In this document: piece after piece, positions 31,184 to 42,439 of the stretch
How positions within the stretch are numbered: the first letter of the stretch is position 1
Layout of the letters: each line of letters begins with the position of its first letter
Virus record (IMG/VR): IMGVR_UViG_3300010163_000003
Coordinates: 154,432 to 218,431 of that record
Source: a virus
Lineage: Duplodnaviria > Caudoviricetes
DNA length: 64,000 bases
Strand: one strand, 5' to 3'
Position numbers and translations under genes: made by a program
The notes under the pieces: model-generated
Told to the model about the DNA's origin: nothing
The model's input: the letters and a program-made list of their open reading frames with translations, nothing else
Databases searched by the model: none

Positions 31184-31891
31184 TCACCCTCCGAGCCAAG
31201 CAGGATCTCCGGGTGGTATCTTTGACATAAACTTTACGCTGTTTGCAAATGAATTTTTATCTGTAACAAAAATAAAACAATATTCTTTTTCAGTAGAATC
31301 TTCATCTTCATTTTCAATAGTTCTATTTTCAATAGTTACTATAATATCGCCAGATTGTATCGCTGCAATTGTATTTTGCTCAAAAGTACCAAAAGATGCT
31401 TTAATAAATCCAGCATCGCTATCATACAACCATTCATTTGCACTTCTATCATGATATTCTCTAAACGGTAGTAATTGATAAAATTGAGCGTTATTATACA
31501 CACCATCAGCAAATAATCTTACTTTAAAATCATTAGAGAAGTTACCATCTTTATCAATAATTAATGCTACCAACTCTTCTCTTGTTAACCATTTATTTGT
31601 TTCTAAATCTTTTAAGGAAATTTGCACATTGCCAGAAGTAGATCCAATCCATGAGTTAACAAGAAATTTGCGATAAATAGGAAGAACAAATTTAGCTTTT
31701 TCCAAAGCTTCATTGACTCTATCAATGCATTCATTAAATAGCGTTTTTACTCTTGTATCTGTATAAGCGTTCATTAAAAGTTTAAACTGTTCGACTGTGA
31801 TAGTTTTTGTATCTTCAATATCTTCAATTATTAATAAGTCATCATCAGTGACTTCTATTGCTGTTTTAGTTTTCAGACTGGCTAATTTCAC
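31184..31891 (-). CDS. Hypothetical structural protein
   Basis: N-terminal DDDLLIIEDIEDTKTITVEQFK resembles a fibre-attachment motif. Probable GTG start near 31891 after AGGAG. Confidence 0.45.
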   Translation of the reverse strand: MKLASLKTKTAIEVTDDDLLIIEDIEDTKTITVEQFKLLMNAYTDTRVKTLFNECIDRVNEALEKAKFVLPIYRKFLVNSWIGSTSGNVQISLKDLETNKWLTREELVALIIDKDGNFSNDFKVRLFADGVYNNAQFYQLLPFREYHDRSANEWLYDSDAGFIKASFGTFEQNTIAAIQSGDIIVTIENRTIENEDEDSTEKEYCFIFVTDKNSFANSVKFMSKIPPGDPAWLGG

Positions 31892-32954
31892 CACTGCCAC
31901 TCCTCTCAACTAGACTACCGCTATTCAATGTTTCAATATATTCTTTTTCTTCAACGTCATCCAAATTAACTGGCTGAAAGATAATATAAGTTACATCAAA
32001 ATAGGAATCATATACTATTGTCCATTTACCGTCTACAACTTCATGAGCATATTCTTCATGGTCTTCGTCAAACGATTCGCCATACATATAACTTTCGTCT
32101 AAGTTAATACGATTTTCATCAATTCTACCTTTTATTTTAATATATATCACGTTAATTTTCAACCCAATATTTATAGAATCTTGAGCAGGAAAATATTCTA
32201 AAACTTCTATTGGGTCTTCTAAATTTTCAAGAAAATCATCAAGATATATAGCTTCTGGAGTATCTTCTTCAGCAACAACAGCATCTACTATTGGTTTAAT
32301 AAAAATTTGATGAACATTACTCCAATCACCGTTTTCGCTTCTTATTCTAACATGATACATACCCTCATCTGCATCAAATTCTGGGATATGTTTCATAGTA
32401 TCCTCTACTTTATTGCCAGGAATTATTTTATCATACAATAACAGCTCAAAAGTATTACTCTTTGATATTTGAAACTCATATGACTCAGAAGCTTGATTGC
32501 GCCATGTAAACTCAGGCACATGTTCGCTAATCGTCCCATATTTCGGAGACAAAATCTCTACAGGCGGAAAGCTTGCAATAGACTCTGTATAGAAACATGA
32601 AATGTGTTTCTTTATCATTTTATTACCAGTAATGTCTGTAATTCCATCATTAAGCATCAAAATATAACACATGTTAGTGTTAAAAGGCTTATCAGGAGTA
32701 TACGTAAGAACTCTATCTTTATAAGATATAGAGCCTTTAACGACATGATACTGGGAGTAATCTTTTAAGCTGTTAACGTTTCTAAATATTTTATTGTAAT
32801 CCTCTAAAACTACAATATTCTTGGCAAATGAAGCAGGATTGATATCAGCGGTAAATTCAATGGTAACGCTTGCATTTACGTTAACATTATTAGCACGTTG
32901 ACCAGGAGTTACATTCAAAACTCGTATACCTTGAGTTTCATTGTAATTATCCAT
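31866..32954 (-). CDS. Ig-like (Big_5/SbsA-type plus Fn3-like) virion protein
   Basis: VLNVTPGQRANNVNVNASVTIEF...LTYTPDKPF...ITDITGN is a Big_5 pattern; PEFTW...YEFQIS...YHVRIRS..GDWS is Fn3-like. Confidence 0.75.
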   Translation of the reverse strand: MDNYNETQGIRVLNVTPGQRANNVNVNASVTIEFTADINPASFAKNIVVLEDYNKIFRNVNSLKDYSQYHVVKGSISYKDRVLTYTPDKPFNTNMCYILMLNDGITDITGNKMIKKHISCFYTESIASFPPVEILSPKYGTISEHVPEFTWRNQASESYEFQISKSNTFELLLYDKIIPGNKVEDTMKHIPEFDADEGMYHVRIRSENGDWSNVHQIFIKPIVDAVVAEEDTPEAIYLDDFLENLEDPIEVLEYFPAQDSINIGLKINVIYIKIKGRIDENRINLDESYMYGESFDEDHEEYAHEVVDGKWTIVYDSYFDVTYIIFQPVNLDDVEEKEYIETLNSGSLVERSGSGEISQSEN

Positions 32955-32972
32955 AATCAATCCTCTATTCTA

Positions 32973-33311
32973 TTATTCTTCAGTTTTGTTTTTTCTGCCA
33001 CGACGCTTATTTTGCTGTACAGGTTCTTCTAATTTAGTTTCTACAATAGGTTCTTGTGCTTGCTCTTGTACTGGTTCTTGTGTAACAGGCTCTTGATTAG
33101 AAACAGGAGCAATTGTTTTAAGTTTGCCAGTAGTCAAGTCAATAACATTATCAACATCAATCAGAAGGCCAATTTTAACAGCACGCAATATAGCAGGAGA
33201 AACCTCGCTGGCTGTGCCAACGGGGTTTCTCACTGTTAAGTGCAGTTTGGTCACAGGACAGAAAAAAGCATAATTGTTACTTTTTCTAGGATTTAAACGA
33301 ACTGTAAACAT
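32973..33311 (-). CDS. Small head-associated protein
   Basis: Immediately after the capsid gene; strong RBS; QEP-repeat linker and basic tail. Confidence 0.5.
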   Translation of the reverse strand: MFTVRLNPRKSNNYAFFCPVTKLHLTVRNPVGTASEVSPAILRAVKIGLLIDVDNVIDLTTGKLKTIAPVSNQEPVTQEPVQEQAQEPIVETKLEEPVQQNKRRGRKNKTEE

Positions 33312-33334
33312 TAGCTTTTCCTCCTGTTATAAGA

Positions 33335-34537
33335 TTACGGAGTGGTAGGAGCTTGCGGATTCTCTAAATTAACTGTATATACACGTTCTGGCGTAGCATA
33401 GCACTTAGCCATAGATATATTCTTGGCAGAGCAAATAGCACGACCTTCATTGTATGTACCGAAGCCATAACGTTCAATAACTTTAACGTTGTTCAGATCG
33501 CGGCTTGGATCACGGAATTCTTCGGTCTTAAGCTCATCCTTAACAATAAGTACGCCTACATTGTTAGCATCTACGCAGAACATGTCAAATGTCTTACCAA
33601 TCTTATCAATTGGGGCGAATGGAGACAAATTCACGTTAAAGCTAAATGGCAGACGACCCTGAATGCTTTCTGGGCCAAGCTTAAACTGTGCATTAGGCGT
33701 TTCACGCTTAACTTCACGGTCAAATGGAGCAGTTAAGCCACCAGTAAGGCCATTACGAGCAAAACAAGTCCACACAAGAGGATGCATGATTAAATCAGTT
33801 GGAGTATATTCGTTGTTATATACTGCAATGATTAAATCAAGTAAGTCATCAATAGAAAGGGTATCATTAAGATTACCATAGAAGTCAAGACCAGTAGTGC
33901 CAGCTTCAGGAATCTTAGCCCTCAAAGAGTTGTCAAATACAGTCCAACCATGGCGGAGCCATTCATCAAACGCTTTTTGTTCTTTAAGGCGTGCCATTGC
34001 ACGACCAGCTTCCGCAAGAAGAACAGAGATAAGGTCAAACTCCAAATCAGACTGAAGTTCATCAGTATATTGAATACGAACGCCGCTCTTCCCTACATGG
34101 ATGAGGGAGTTCTTGTGGAGTTGCCAATCAACGGTTTCTTCTGGAATTTCCTGACCTTCGGCAACGTCATGCGCACGCATCACGCCGATGGACGGGAACA
34201 TTACAGCCTGACCATTCTTAAGACGAATCTTCTTGAAGAACTTAGAAGCAAGATATACAGGATCAGCAGCTTGCCTCATAGTACCAATAATAACGCGAGG
34301 AATAAGCACCTTCGCGGAAGGAGAAGCAAGAAAGTCCTTAAAATTAAATCCGGGAACAACCTTACCATCTAAAACATCGCCAAATGCTTTAAATACCTTT
34401 TCATCATCTTCGGTAAGCTGATACTGATCTAATTCAGCGTCAGTAAGCATTTTACCATGAGCTAACTTATCTTGAAGCTCTTTTTGCAGAGCGTCATTAG
34501 TTTGGTTCATTTGATCTAAAATATTAACCAAAGCCAT
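33335..34537 (-). CDS. Major capsid protein (HK97 fold)
   Basis: LIPRVI, VAEGQEIPE, KSGVRIQYTDEL, AGRAMARLKEQ, PTDLIMHP and ERYGFG motifs; downstream of portal and protease. Confidence 0.9.
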   Translation of the reverse strand: MALVNILDQMNQTNDALQKELQDKLAHGKMLTDAELDQYQLTEDDEKVFKAFGDVLDGKVVPGFNFKDFLASPSAKVLIPRVIIGTMRQAADPVYLASKFFKKIRLKNGQAVMFPSIGVMRAHDVAEGQEIPEETVDWQLHKNSLIHVGKSGVRIQYTDELQSDLEFDLISVLLAEAGRAMARLKEQKAFDEWLRHGWTVFDNSLRAKIPEAGTTGLDFYGNLNDTLSIDDLLDLIIAVYNNEYTPTDLIMHPLVWTCFARNGLTGGLTAPFDREVKRETPNAQFKLGPESIQGRLPFSFNVNLSPFAPIDKIGKTFDMFCVDANNVGVLIVKDELKTEEFRDPSRDLNNVKVIERYGFGTYNEGRAICSAKNISMAKCYATPERVYTVNLENPQAPTTP

Positions 34538-34593
34538 TTGTATATTCCTCCTATTGTATTAATATGGAGCTACCTGAAGAGGTAGCTATCTAG

Positions 34594-35838
34594 TTACCTC
34601 TTCAGCAGAACGTACATTGCGCCTTGGACACCCTTAAAGTCAGCCCAAGAAGGAGTACCATAATGCTTCAGCTTGTAATCAGCAGTGATCTTTGCTTTAT
34701 CGGCAAGATCAGCAGTTAATGTAATTGTAATAATGCCTTTTGCATAGTTAACAGTATAATTTGGCTTATCACCAGTCATTGGAGCAAGTTCAGTGCCATT
34801 TACGTAAACTTTAGTAAGTTCAGAAATGTTACCAACCTTACCACCAGCAAAATCTACGCACTGAGCCATAACAACTGTACCAGCGGCGATAGATGCGCCA
34901 GTTGCATTCTCAAAAATGGTCATACCTTTATACTCAGTATCGTTTTTGCCAAAACCATCATAGTTACCCGAACCGTCGTGGATGCCAATAATACCAGTAG
35001 GATTATTAATGAGCTGAGACTGATAATTCTGGTAAATAGTATTTCCTTCAGCGTAGCCAGGATCGAACGGATATCCCTCATCAGATGGCATATTAGAAAC
35101 ACCAGAACGGTTAATAAAAGCATCGTCTTCATATTTATATTGTTCTTCCCACAGCATCCACTTCAACCAGCCAGTAGGTTCAGCGTTAAGATCGGATGCC
35201 AATACTTGGCCAACTACATCTTTCCAATTGTTGCCGTCCCATTTAGCAAGACGACCAGATGGAGTAGCCATCAGATAATCACCATTAGTAACACCATTAC
35301 CGTCTTTATCGGCAATAACAGCACCCCAAGGCATACGATTACCAACAGTAATCTCTTGTTCTTCTTCAAGAAGAGCTTTAATATTGTCTGCTTCAGAAGT
35401 ACCAAATGCTTGAGCCTTAAAGCCAGGAGCGTATGGAAGTTCTACATATTCCAGAGTAATGATAGAAGGCTGATTGCCGCCGAACCTATCAAGCTGGAAC
35501 CAATCCTTAGTAAAATTATATGGAGCCATGCCAATTACGTTGTTATTGGTAGCAAGACCAGGAAGGGTAATGGATGCAAGATACTTCTTAGATACATAAT
35601 CCTTCACAGAAGCACCAACGCCTACTACACGACCCTTTGGGATAACAACTTCGTCCATCCCAGGACCGCCATATTGATAATTAAACAACACACCGTCTTT
35701 AAAGATAGCACTCATTTTCTTGTCAAGGAAAGTAGGATCAAGAATCCACTTTTCAGCAGGAGACATATGACCAGAGCGCACCAGCGCGGTATGTGACCGA
35801 GAACCTTGTTGGTTTTCATAACCCCTAAACAAAGCCAT
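34594..35838 (-). CDS. Capsid decoration / cement protein with C-terminal extension
   Basis: Between protease and capsid genes; VVIPKGRVV...GDYL....GRL....VVGQVL beta-tulip-like pattern. Confidence 0.55.
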   Translation of the reverse strand: MALFRGYENQQGSRSHTALVRSGHMSPAEKWILDPTFLDKKMSAIFKDGVLFNYQYGGPGMDEVVIPKGRVVGVGASVKDYVSKKYLASITLPGLATNNNVIGMAPYNFTKDWFQLDRFGGNQPSIITLEYVELPYAPGFKAQAFGTSEADNIKALLEEEQEITVGNRMPWGAVIADKDGNGVTNGDYLMATPSGRLAKWDGNNWKDVVGQVLASDLNAEPTGWLKWMLWEEQYKYEDDAFINRSGVSNMPSDEGYPFDPGYAEGNTIYQNYQSQLINNPTGIIGIHDGSGNYDGFGKNDTEYKGMTIFENATGASIAAGTVVMAQCVDFAGGKVGNISELTKVYVNGTELAPMTGDKPNYTVNYAKGIITITLTADLADKAKITADYKLKHYGTPSWADFKGVQGAMYVLLKR

Positions 35839-35858
35839 TAGTTTTTCCTCCTCGTTTA

Positions 35859-37331
35859 TTATTTGTTGAAAAGCTTACTAACAATGTCTTTCGCAAAGTC
35901 ATCGACGTTGCGCTTTGCGCCCTTGTTATCAGCAATTGTATTAGCTTCAGTCTCTTTATGACTGTTGCTATCTTCATTATTAGCCAGTGTAGGATTTGGT
36001 ACACTAACTGGTGTCCGAGGAGCTTGAACTTTCTTAGAATCTTCAAGTGCTTTGTTCAGTTCCTTCATAGACTGTGCCAAAAGCTCAGTCTTACGTTCAG
36101 CCATCTTGTCTTCTGCAAGTTTGCCTGAAGCATTTTCATTGGACACTATATTATCAATTACCATTTCTTTATTAGAAGTGGCAAGAGACAGACACATATC
36201 TTTCATACTAATTGCTTCTGCACGAGCGGTATCGCGTTCTTTTTCTGCATCAGCAACTTTTTGTTTCTCTGCTTCTAAATCTTTAGTTAAATCGGCAACT
36301 TTCTGATTAGAAGCGTCTAAATCTTTTTGAAGTTGATCTATTTTCTTCTGCAATTCAGCATCAGATGTTTCTTTAGCAGGTTGCTGTTGAGAATCATCTT
36401 CGGCTTGTGATGTAGGTTGTGTTTCTGAATCTTGAATAGAAGGAGTAGGTGATGTACTAACTCCACCAAGCAAACTATCAATCATGTCAGAGATGGTCTT
36501 TTTAATTTCTTCTGGGTTGGAAGCTTGAGTGTTTTGAGCACCAGTTTCTCCATTCATGTCTGAACCCTCCTTGTTATCTTTATTGTTTGTTACGACTGTA
36601 ACCTTCATAATTTGAGCAAAATCATCTGCGGGATTATTTACCGTAGAAACTTCATGATATTCTATATCTTTAGCGCCCCAATAACATACTTGATCTTTAT
36701 ATGTTTCTCCACGCCAATGACCACAAAACTTCATTTTACCATCTTTAAGAATGGTTCTACCACATATATTACATGTCACAGTGCCCATAGTACCACTAAT
36801 GCTAACAGTACCATATCTACCATCCAAAAACTTAGCAAATGAATCTTGATCTGTAATTCTAGCCTTTAGGTGAATAGCGCTTCGTTCATCAGTAAGTTCT
36901 GAAGGGCCTTTCCATGCTTGTTGTATGCGCCCAAGCGGTTCGCCATCATAAGTATTATGATTCTTAAGTACTGGCTTTTTAAATGGATTTACGAAAGACT
37001 CGCAATCTTTTTCCATGCTATCTTCATAGTATACACAGTAATTGTGATTAGGGCCAGAATGCGTAGCTTCCATTTCTACATCAAGAGCCTGAACAGAAGT
37101 TTTTCCAGATTTCATATCTGATAAAATTTGCAATGGATTAATATCATTACCTAAGCTATCCACAAACTTAGTTTCATGTACAAAATTAATCCTATTTTTA
37201 TTCATAGCATCAACTATTGTGTTTACAGATGCTTTTGGGCCAATATCGCCATTAATATCAGCTATCGTGGCCATATTAAATGAAAATTCTTTACCATTTG
37301 CATCTTTTACTATGGTAAGTTCATCTGCCAT
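35859..37331 (-). CDS. Prohead protease fused to scaffold
   Basis: KPVLKNHN...PLGRI...TVSISG...CNICG...EVSTVNNPAD protease motifs followed by an acidic coiled coil. Start at ATG 37331 after GGAGG. Confidence 0.85.
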   Translation of the reverse strand: MADELTIVKDANGKEFSFNMATIADINGDIGPKASVNTIVDAMNKNRINFVHETKFVDSLGNDINPLQILSDMKSGKTSVQALDVEMEATHSGPNHNYCVYYEDSMEKDCESFVNPFKKPVLKNHNTYDGEPLGRIQQAWKGPSELTDERSAIHLKARITDQDSFAKFLDGRYGTVSISGTMGTVTCNICGRTILKDGKMKFCGHWRGETYKDQVCYWGAKDIEYHEVSTVNNPADDFAQIMKVTVVTNNKDNKEGSDMNGETGAQNTQASNPEEIKKTISDMIDSLLGGVSTSPTPSIQDSETQPTSQAEDDSQQQPAKETSDAELQKKIDQLQKDLDASNQKVADLTKDLEAEKQKVADAEKERDTARAEAISMKDMCLSLATSNKEMVIDNIVSNENASGKLAEDKMAERKTELLAQSMKELNKALEDSKKVQAPRTPVSVPNPTLANNEDSNSHKETEANTIADNKGAKRNVDDFAKDIVSKLFNK

Positions 37332-37332
37332 T

Positions 37333-39192
37333 CTATGGCCCTCCTTCCTCAATTTTGCTAAACTCAGTAAGATGTTTTATTATAGAATCTTTGTAGAAAT
37401 TCATATGAACGTCAATAATATCAATTACACCTAATTCTGAGCTAGCATAAGTACTTATACCTATTAAATCAGAATTTATTTTATTTAATAAATCAAGAAA
37501 AGTTTTATATTCAAAATCGTATAATTGTTGAGGTGCATTTTCTTTATTAAGAATATAAGCTATATTCTTACTGCAATCTCTCATATACTGAATCATTTGT
37601 GTTTGAAGTATTTGAGTATCAGTAGCAAAACACTGACGTAAATAATTATCTACAGAATCTTCTAAATTGTCAATATAATCTTTAATTAAACCAATAGATT
37701 GAGGACTTATTGACGCTTTAGTTCCACTAGATGACTTCTTATTGCCAGAACCTCCAGCTTTTTTGCCACCCTGATTCTTGGATTTGTTATTTGTTTCGCT
37801 TGTACCCGTTTGAGCTTTAGCTTTATTTGCTTCAGCCTGTAATTCCATTCCCATTTCGTGTTTCTGACGTTCAGTTTCACGAGTAATAAGCTCAACGAAC
37901 ATTTTTTCACGTTCGCCGTCAGGAATTGGGTCCATACCAAGATCTTCACGCATTTCGTCTTCTGTAATGGCATTATGTTCATACTTATAAATAGCATGAA
38001 CCTCTTTTTTAATCATTACATCTACATCATTGTCATTAAACTTAAACTCTACTTTTTGATCTGGATTTAATACTGGATCGTATCCGCCTTCCATAAGAAG
38101 TTCTTTAACTATAAAATCATTAAAGAATGTTTCTATAACACGGCTCATAGCTCTAATTCTATCTGCCATTTCAGAAGTCATGTTGTCTCCAGTACTTCTA
38201 TTAGCGGTATCGCCACGACCAAACATGATTTCTGGAATGCCCATGCCAGAAAAAACACGAGATTCCATATATTTAAGATATGGATTGGCATCAATTACTT
38301 TATCAGAAGCAATGGGAGTAATTTTAACACGTTCGGTAGTAACAAGACCACCTTCAACATCCATACCATCTATAGCTTCTTTTAATTGTTCGACTTCAGC
38401 AGATGTACCTGTAGCATCTTCTGTGCCAACGGCAACATGATAGAATGGATATATAAAACGATACATCATTTTTAATGTATTCTCTTCAGCTTGCCTTAAA
38501 GCACGAACATCATCAAGAACAGGGATTAAGAAGCTAGTGCCGTATGCATTACCCTTTTCTCTCTTATAATAGAAATGAACAACATCTTCTGGATTAAATG
38601 TCTGAGTGCCAGCATCATTATCTTGCTGCCATTCAGTAATTGTACCATGTTCATCTCTCTTACATTTCATAGTAACAGGATTAGCACAGAAATAACCTAC
38701 CACTGGATCTTTGCCATATAATCCTGTGACAGTAGTCCCTTGAGGAAGAGCATTAGGGTCGTTACTACGAGCTTTAACAACCATACAGTTGCCATATTTA
38801 ACGACATCTTCTGCAATATCCATTAAAAATTGACTTGTAGGCGTATTACTTGCTTCTGCTATATATGCAAACCTTAATTTTAAATACTCTACAGCATTTG
38901 CATCAGTTCCATAAAAATTGTAGCCTTCTTTAAAAATTTGGTCAACATATTTATCTACACCTTGTCTTATGTATGAATCTGTATTATATCCATTTTTTAT
39001 ATCTTCAAGATCAAAGTCGGGGTCTTCAAAATCTGTCTCGCTATTTTCTTTATATAAAATACGCTTGACAACTTCGGAAGCAAGTTCGCGCCCAGTACCT
39101 CCACCAGTGCTTCCAGCATCCTTAACTTCTTCTGACCCAGGCAGTAATTCTTTAAAGAATCTCTTTGCAAAGAACATCTTAATTTTGTTCAT
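37333..39192 (-). CDS. Portal protein
   Basis: YGNC, FNPEDVVHF, YGTSFL, GMGIPEIMFG and ITEDEMREDLGMDP motifs; located between terminase and protease. Confidence 0.9.
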   Translation of the reverse strand: MNKIKMFFAKRFFKELLPGSEEVKDAGSTGGGTGRELASEVVKRILYKENSETDFEDPDFDLEDIKNGYNTDSYIRQGVDKYVDQIFKEGYNFYGTDANAVEYLKLRFAYIAEASNTPTSQFLMDIAEDVVKYGNCMVVKARSNDPNALPQGTTVTGLYGKDPVVGYFCANPVTMKCKRDEHGTITEWQQDNDAGTQTFNPEDVVHFYYKREKGNAYGTSFLIPVLDDVRALRQAEENTLKMMYRFIYPFYHVAVGTEDATGTSAEVEQLKEAIDGMDVEGGLVTTERVKITPIASDKVIDANPYLKYMESRVFSGMGIPEIMFGRGDTANRSTGDNMTSEMADRIRAMSRVIETFFNDFIVKELLMEGGYDPVLNPDQKVEFKFNDNDVDVMIKKEVHAIYKYEHNAITEDEMREDLGMDPIPDGEREKMFVELITRETERQKHEMGMELQAEANKAKAQTGTSETNNKSKNQGGKKAGGSGNKKSSSGTKASISPQSIGLIKDYIDNLEDSVDNYLRQCFATDTQILQTQMIQYMRDCSKNIAYILNKENAPQQLYDFEYKTFLDLLNKINSDLIGISTYASSELGVIDIIDVHMNFYKDSIIKHLTEFSKIEEGGP

Positions 39193-39219
39193 TCTTTATA
39201 ATCACCGCCTACCTTATAT

Positions 39220-39229
39220 TATAATATAC
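39220..39229 (-). promoter_or_regulatory. Candidate late-promoter motif GTATATTATA upstream of portal
   Basis: Exact copy of the motif in the short gap before the portal gene. Confidence 0.4.
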
Positions 39230-39238
39230 AACATCATT

Positions 39239-40264
39239 TTAACTAATTGTAGCTAATTTGGCGTTTATATTCATTAAAAAGTGCTTTTCTTGTTCTAATT
39301 CAGCGTTTTGGGCCAAATATACTTCTTCTGCCTTTAAAGTGCGCATTACATTTTCTATAGCCCTATTTGTTTCTTCTTGTCTAGCTCTTAATTTTCTTTC
39401 CAATAGTCTTGAATTTCCATTATCAGAAAAAAGATTGTAAACATCAAGTGTATCTTTTCTTTTCTGGTAATAATTATATAACGAATTTTCTATTAAATCA
39501 ATATTTTGTTGGTCAGTAAATATTTTTTCTTGTGCATCTATATCAGTATTTGTTTCATTATATAATCGTAAAATTAGATCACGATTAGTATAATCAGTAG
39601 AAGATTCATCGATTTGAGAAGGAACATTGTATATTTTCCTTGCAGACCTACGTATTCCAACAGAATGACTACTTATTATATTGCATAAAGTAGCATCTGT
39701 ATGGAGTGCATAATAATTAATTTTCTGCGTTTCTTGAGCCTGTTCATACATTTTTAATTGTTTAAGATAACTTTCATCTATTTCCCTGTTATCATTATCA
39801 TTGTTACCATAAAACAGTGCTCTTGTGAGCGAAAGAAGAGTATTTACACGTTTGTCTGCATCAAACAATGTATAAATTAATTCAGGAATAATACTGCCTT
39901 CAATATTATATCTATGATAATTAACAAATTTACGCGCATACTCATCATTTCCAGAACTCAATGCAGTTACAAGGGAAGAAATTTGACTATACTGTCCCCA
40001 ATCATCATTTTTAAATGATTTTGTAAGCTCATCTACGAAAGTTCTAAGCATAATATCAGCATCAGATAAATTACTTAGTGCTTTGCTAGGTAAGTTATCT
40101 TCAAAGCTACTAATTGCATTAGAATATATAATTTGGCCTGAATAATCAGTCTTTTGAGTGTCTGAAGATGAATTTTCATTGTTAACAATAGAATTTTTAT
40201 CTTTTTCATATTTTAATTTAGGCTCATAACCGATTATAGCCCCTTGGTCAAATTCAATAGCCAT
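39239..40264 (-). CDS. Hypothetical helical protein
   Basis: 341-aa ORF translationally coupled to the terminase stop. Confidence 0.55.
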   Translation of the reverse strand: MAIEFDQGAIIGYEPKLKYEKDKNSIVNNENSSSDTQKTDYSGQIIYSNAISSFEDNLPSKALSNLSDADIMLRTFVDELTKSFKNDDWGQYSQISSLVTALSSGNDEYARKFVNYHRYNIEGSIIPELIYTLFDADKRVNTLLSLTRALFYGNNDNDNREIDESYLKQLKMYEQAQETQKINYYALHTDATLCNIISSHSVGIRRSARKIYNVPSQIDESSTDYTNRDLILRLYNETNTDIDAQEKIFTDQQNIDLIENSLYNYYQKRKDTLDVYNLFSDNGNSRLLERKLRARQEETNRAIENVMRTLKAEEVYLAQNAELEQEKHFLMNINAKLATIS

Positions 40265-42186
40265 TAGAATTTCCTTCTTTGGAATACAGTTGCTCTTTTG
40301 CTAGACTTTTTGTTTTTTTGAAAGTTAGTAATTCCAACTATAGAAGTTTGTTCCCTAGTAGAAATTCTATCTATAACAGAAAACCATGTGTCATCTGTTT
40401 TATCAGCAATAATATTACGAGATTTAACGTCTACAGGACGATTATCAATATTTCCAATAAAAGCTGTTTTAATGCTGAATACTTTCTTTAAGAGAGTATC
40501 ATATTTTTGCGCAAAAATCAAGAGGGCTAAGTTCATGGCATCAATAGCATGCTCATTTTCATCTGTATACACCGGAAGACCAGACGAGCTTATAGATTTT
40601 ACCCTATATTCTTCGAGTTGACTAATCATAGTCTTATCTTTAGGATCAAGCACGATTTTGCCTTTCTCAAAAAGATTTACAGAATTATTAACCATAAATG
40701 GCTTTAAGTGCTTTTGATCTTTCTTTCTTGTATACGGATCAGTAACTTCTATCTTTTCACTAAATTGATATCCAACAACTTTATCTGCTAATTTAGATTC
40801 TGGATGTTCCATTCCGTATTTATGGAACAATTCAAGTTGTGTTTCGCCATAACCACGGTCTATAGCTATCCAATCAAATTTATATTCTTCATTTAATGCT
40901 ATAACTTTGTTCATAGCATTAACGTATGTGAATTCAGAACGGGCTATTTCAATACGGAATAGCATTTTAAATACTGGAACAATGCGACCTTCTTGGTCTT
41001 GATGAAATCTATCAAATTCCATACATACCATATTTGTAGCCGCAGAATACTTATCCCAGTCAATACCAAGTATACGAATACACTGACCATGTGTCTGTTT
41101 AAGATATTTTTTGCGCTCTTCTTCTGGCCATTTAGTGATATAGTGGAATTTAATTCTCTCTCCCTCTAAACATGCCTGTTCTATATAACGTTTCTGATAA
41201 ACACCAAGTTCTTCTTCGCCAAATTCAGCCATAACTTCTTGGGCATAACGCATTTCAGATAATTCTTCGCGAATATCCTCAAGGTATGTTTGCATTGTAT
41301 CTGGATTTATCTTAAGAAGTTCTTTATTAACATTAGAAGGAGCATATATTTCTGTCCAACCATTGCCTTCTCCGACAGGTTTTTGATCTATTTTATAACC
41401 ATGAAAATCATTATTTTTGATATCTTCTTCTGATGGAAAATATTTTTTAGAAGCATCTTGGCACCAACGATAATATTCTTCATGTTTACCAGATGGAGTA
41501 GAGGCGCAAAGTAATCTAATACGTTCAGGAGCTTCATTACGGATATTCAAAATATTAGTAAGCTGATTAGAGCCGATATAATCACATTCATCACAAATAA
41601 GTACATCTGCACGCTGACCACGAGTATTATTAGCGCCACCAGCAGCATTATTAGCTCCTGCGGTAAAGCCTAATACTGTGCTTGTGATACCATTTATATT
41701 AAATTCAAGGTGGTGACTAATATCACGGCTTAAAACAGAAGACATTAAAGCAGATTTTTCAATTAATTGATGCAATCTTTTAAAAATTAAATCAATTTGT
41801 GTTTCATATGGAGTTGCTATAACAATATCATATTGATTGTTAGGGCCTCTATTATACTGTGTATAAGCAAACCAAAGTATTAAAACACATAAGCTATCTG
41901 TTTTCCCTAAACGTCTTCCTAGTCTAAGTACAAGTTTTTTAGATTTTTTACCTTCATTAACAATTGAATATTGATAATCACGAGCTTCCCAATCAAGATA
42001 AACTTTAGCCCAAAGAATTGGATTGTCTGTTACTATATATTCTAAAGCATGACTTTTAGATAATTTTAATTTATTCATAACATAAGCAAGTCTTTTATCT
42101 AATTGATTGTCAAGAGGTAATAATATTTTTGTTAATTCATTTATTTGGTTGTTATTAAGCTCTGATATAGTGTGTAATTCAGCCAT
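40264..42186 (-). CDS. terL: Terminase large subunit
   Basis: Walker A GRRLGKT, Walker B LICDECD, coupling motif ASTP, nuclease ILGIDW and HAIDA. Confidence 0.95.
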   Translation of the reverse strand: MAELHTISELNNNQINELTKILLPLDNQLDKRLAYVMNKLKLSKSHALEYIVTDNPILWAKVYLDWEARDYQYSIVNEGKKSKKLVLRLGRRLGKTDSLCVLILWFAYTQYNRGPNNQYDIVIATPYETQIDLIFKRLHQLIEKSALMSSVLSRDISHHLEFNINGITSTVLGFTAGANNAAGGANNTRGQRADVLICDECDYIGSNQLTNILNIRNEAPERIRLLCASTPSGKHEEYYRWCQDASKKYFPSEEDIKNNDFHGYKIDQKPVGEGNGWTEIYAPSNVNKELLKINPDTMQTYLEDIREELSEMRYAQEVMAEFGEEELGVYQKRYIEQACLEGERIKFHYITKWPEEERKKYLKQTHGQCIRILGIDWDKYSAATNMVCMEFDRFHQDQEGRIVPVFKMLFRIEIARSEFTYVNAMNKVIALNEEYKFDWIAIDRGYGETQLELFHKYGMEHPESKLADKVVGYQFSEKIEVTDPYTRKKDQKHLKPFMVNNSVNLFEKGKIVLDPKDKTMISQLEEYRVKSISSSGLPVYTDENEHAIDAMNLALLIFAQKYDTLLKKVFSIKTAFIGNIDNRPVDVKSRNIIADKTDDTWFSVIDRISTREQTSIVGITNFQKNKKSSKRATVFQRRKF

Positions 42187-42194
42187 TATATCAC

Positions 42195-42410
42195 CTATTT
42201 AATTACGGATATAGCTTTATATACACCATATGGTGCTAATATAGCTCCACTACCTATAATACTGTCTTTAACTCCGCTTTTAAGACCTCCTCCTATTTGT
42301 GACCAAAAGGAATTCCCATTATTCTCAAGCTCTTCACTTTTACTTAAGAAGCCAGCACTAAACCCTATGCCAGAACCTGCAATAGTAGCAGCTACAACTT
42401 TCGGATTCAT
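42195..42410 (-). CDS. Small Gly-rich hydrophobic protein
   Basis: Two Gly/Ala-rich hydrophobic segments; RBS AAAGGTG. Confidence 0.5.
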   Translation of the reverse strand: MNPKVVAATIAGSGIGFSAGFLSKSEELENNGNSFWSQIGGGLKSGVKDSIIGSGAILAPYGVYKAISVIK

Positions 42411-42439
42411 TGTTTGTACCACCTTTCTTATGTATTATT

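Noticed and set aside
34978-35796. 272-aa plus-strand ORF
   Set aside because: Antisense shadow of the decoration gene; no RBS or recognisable motifs.
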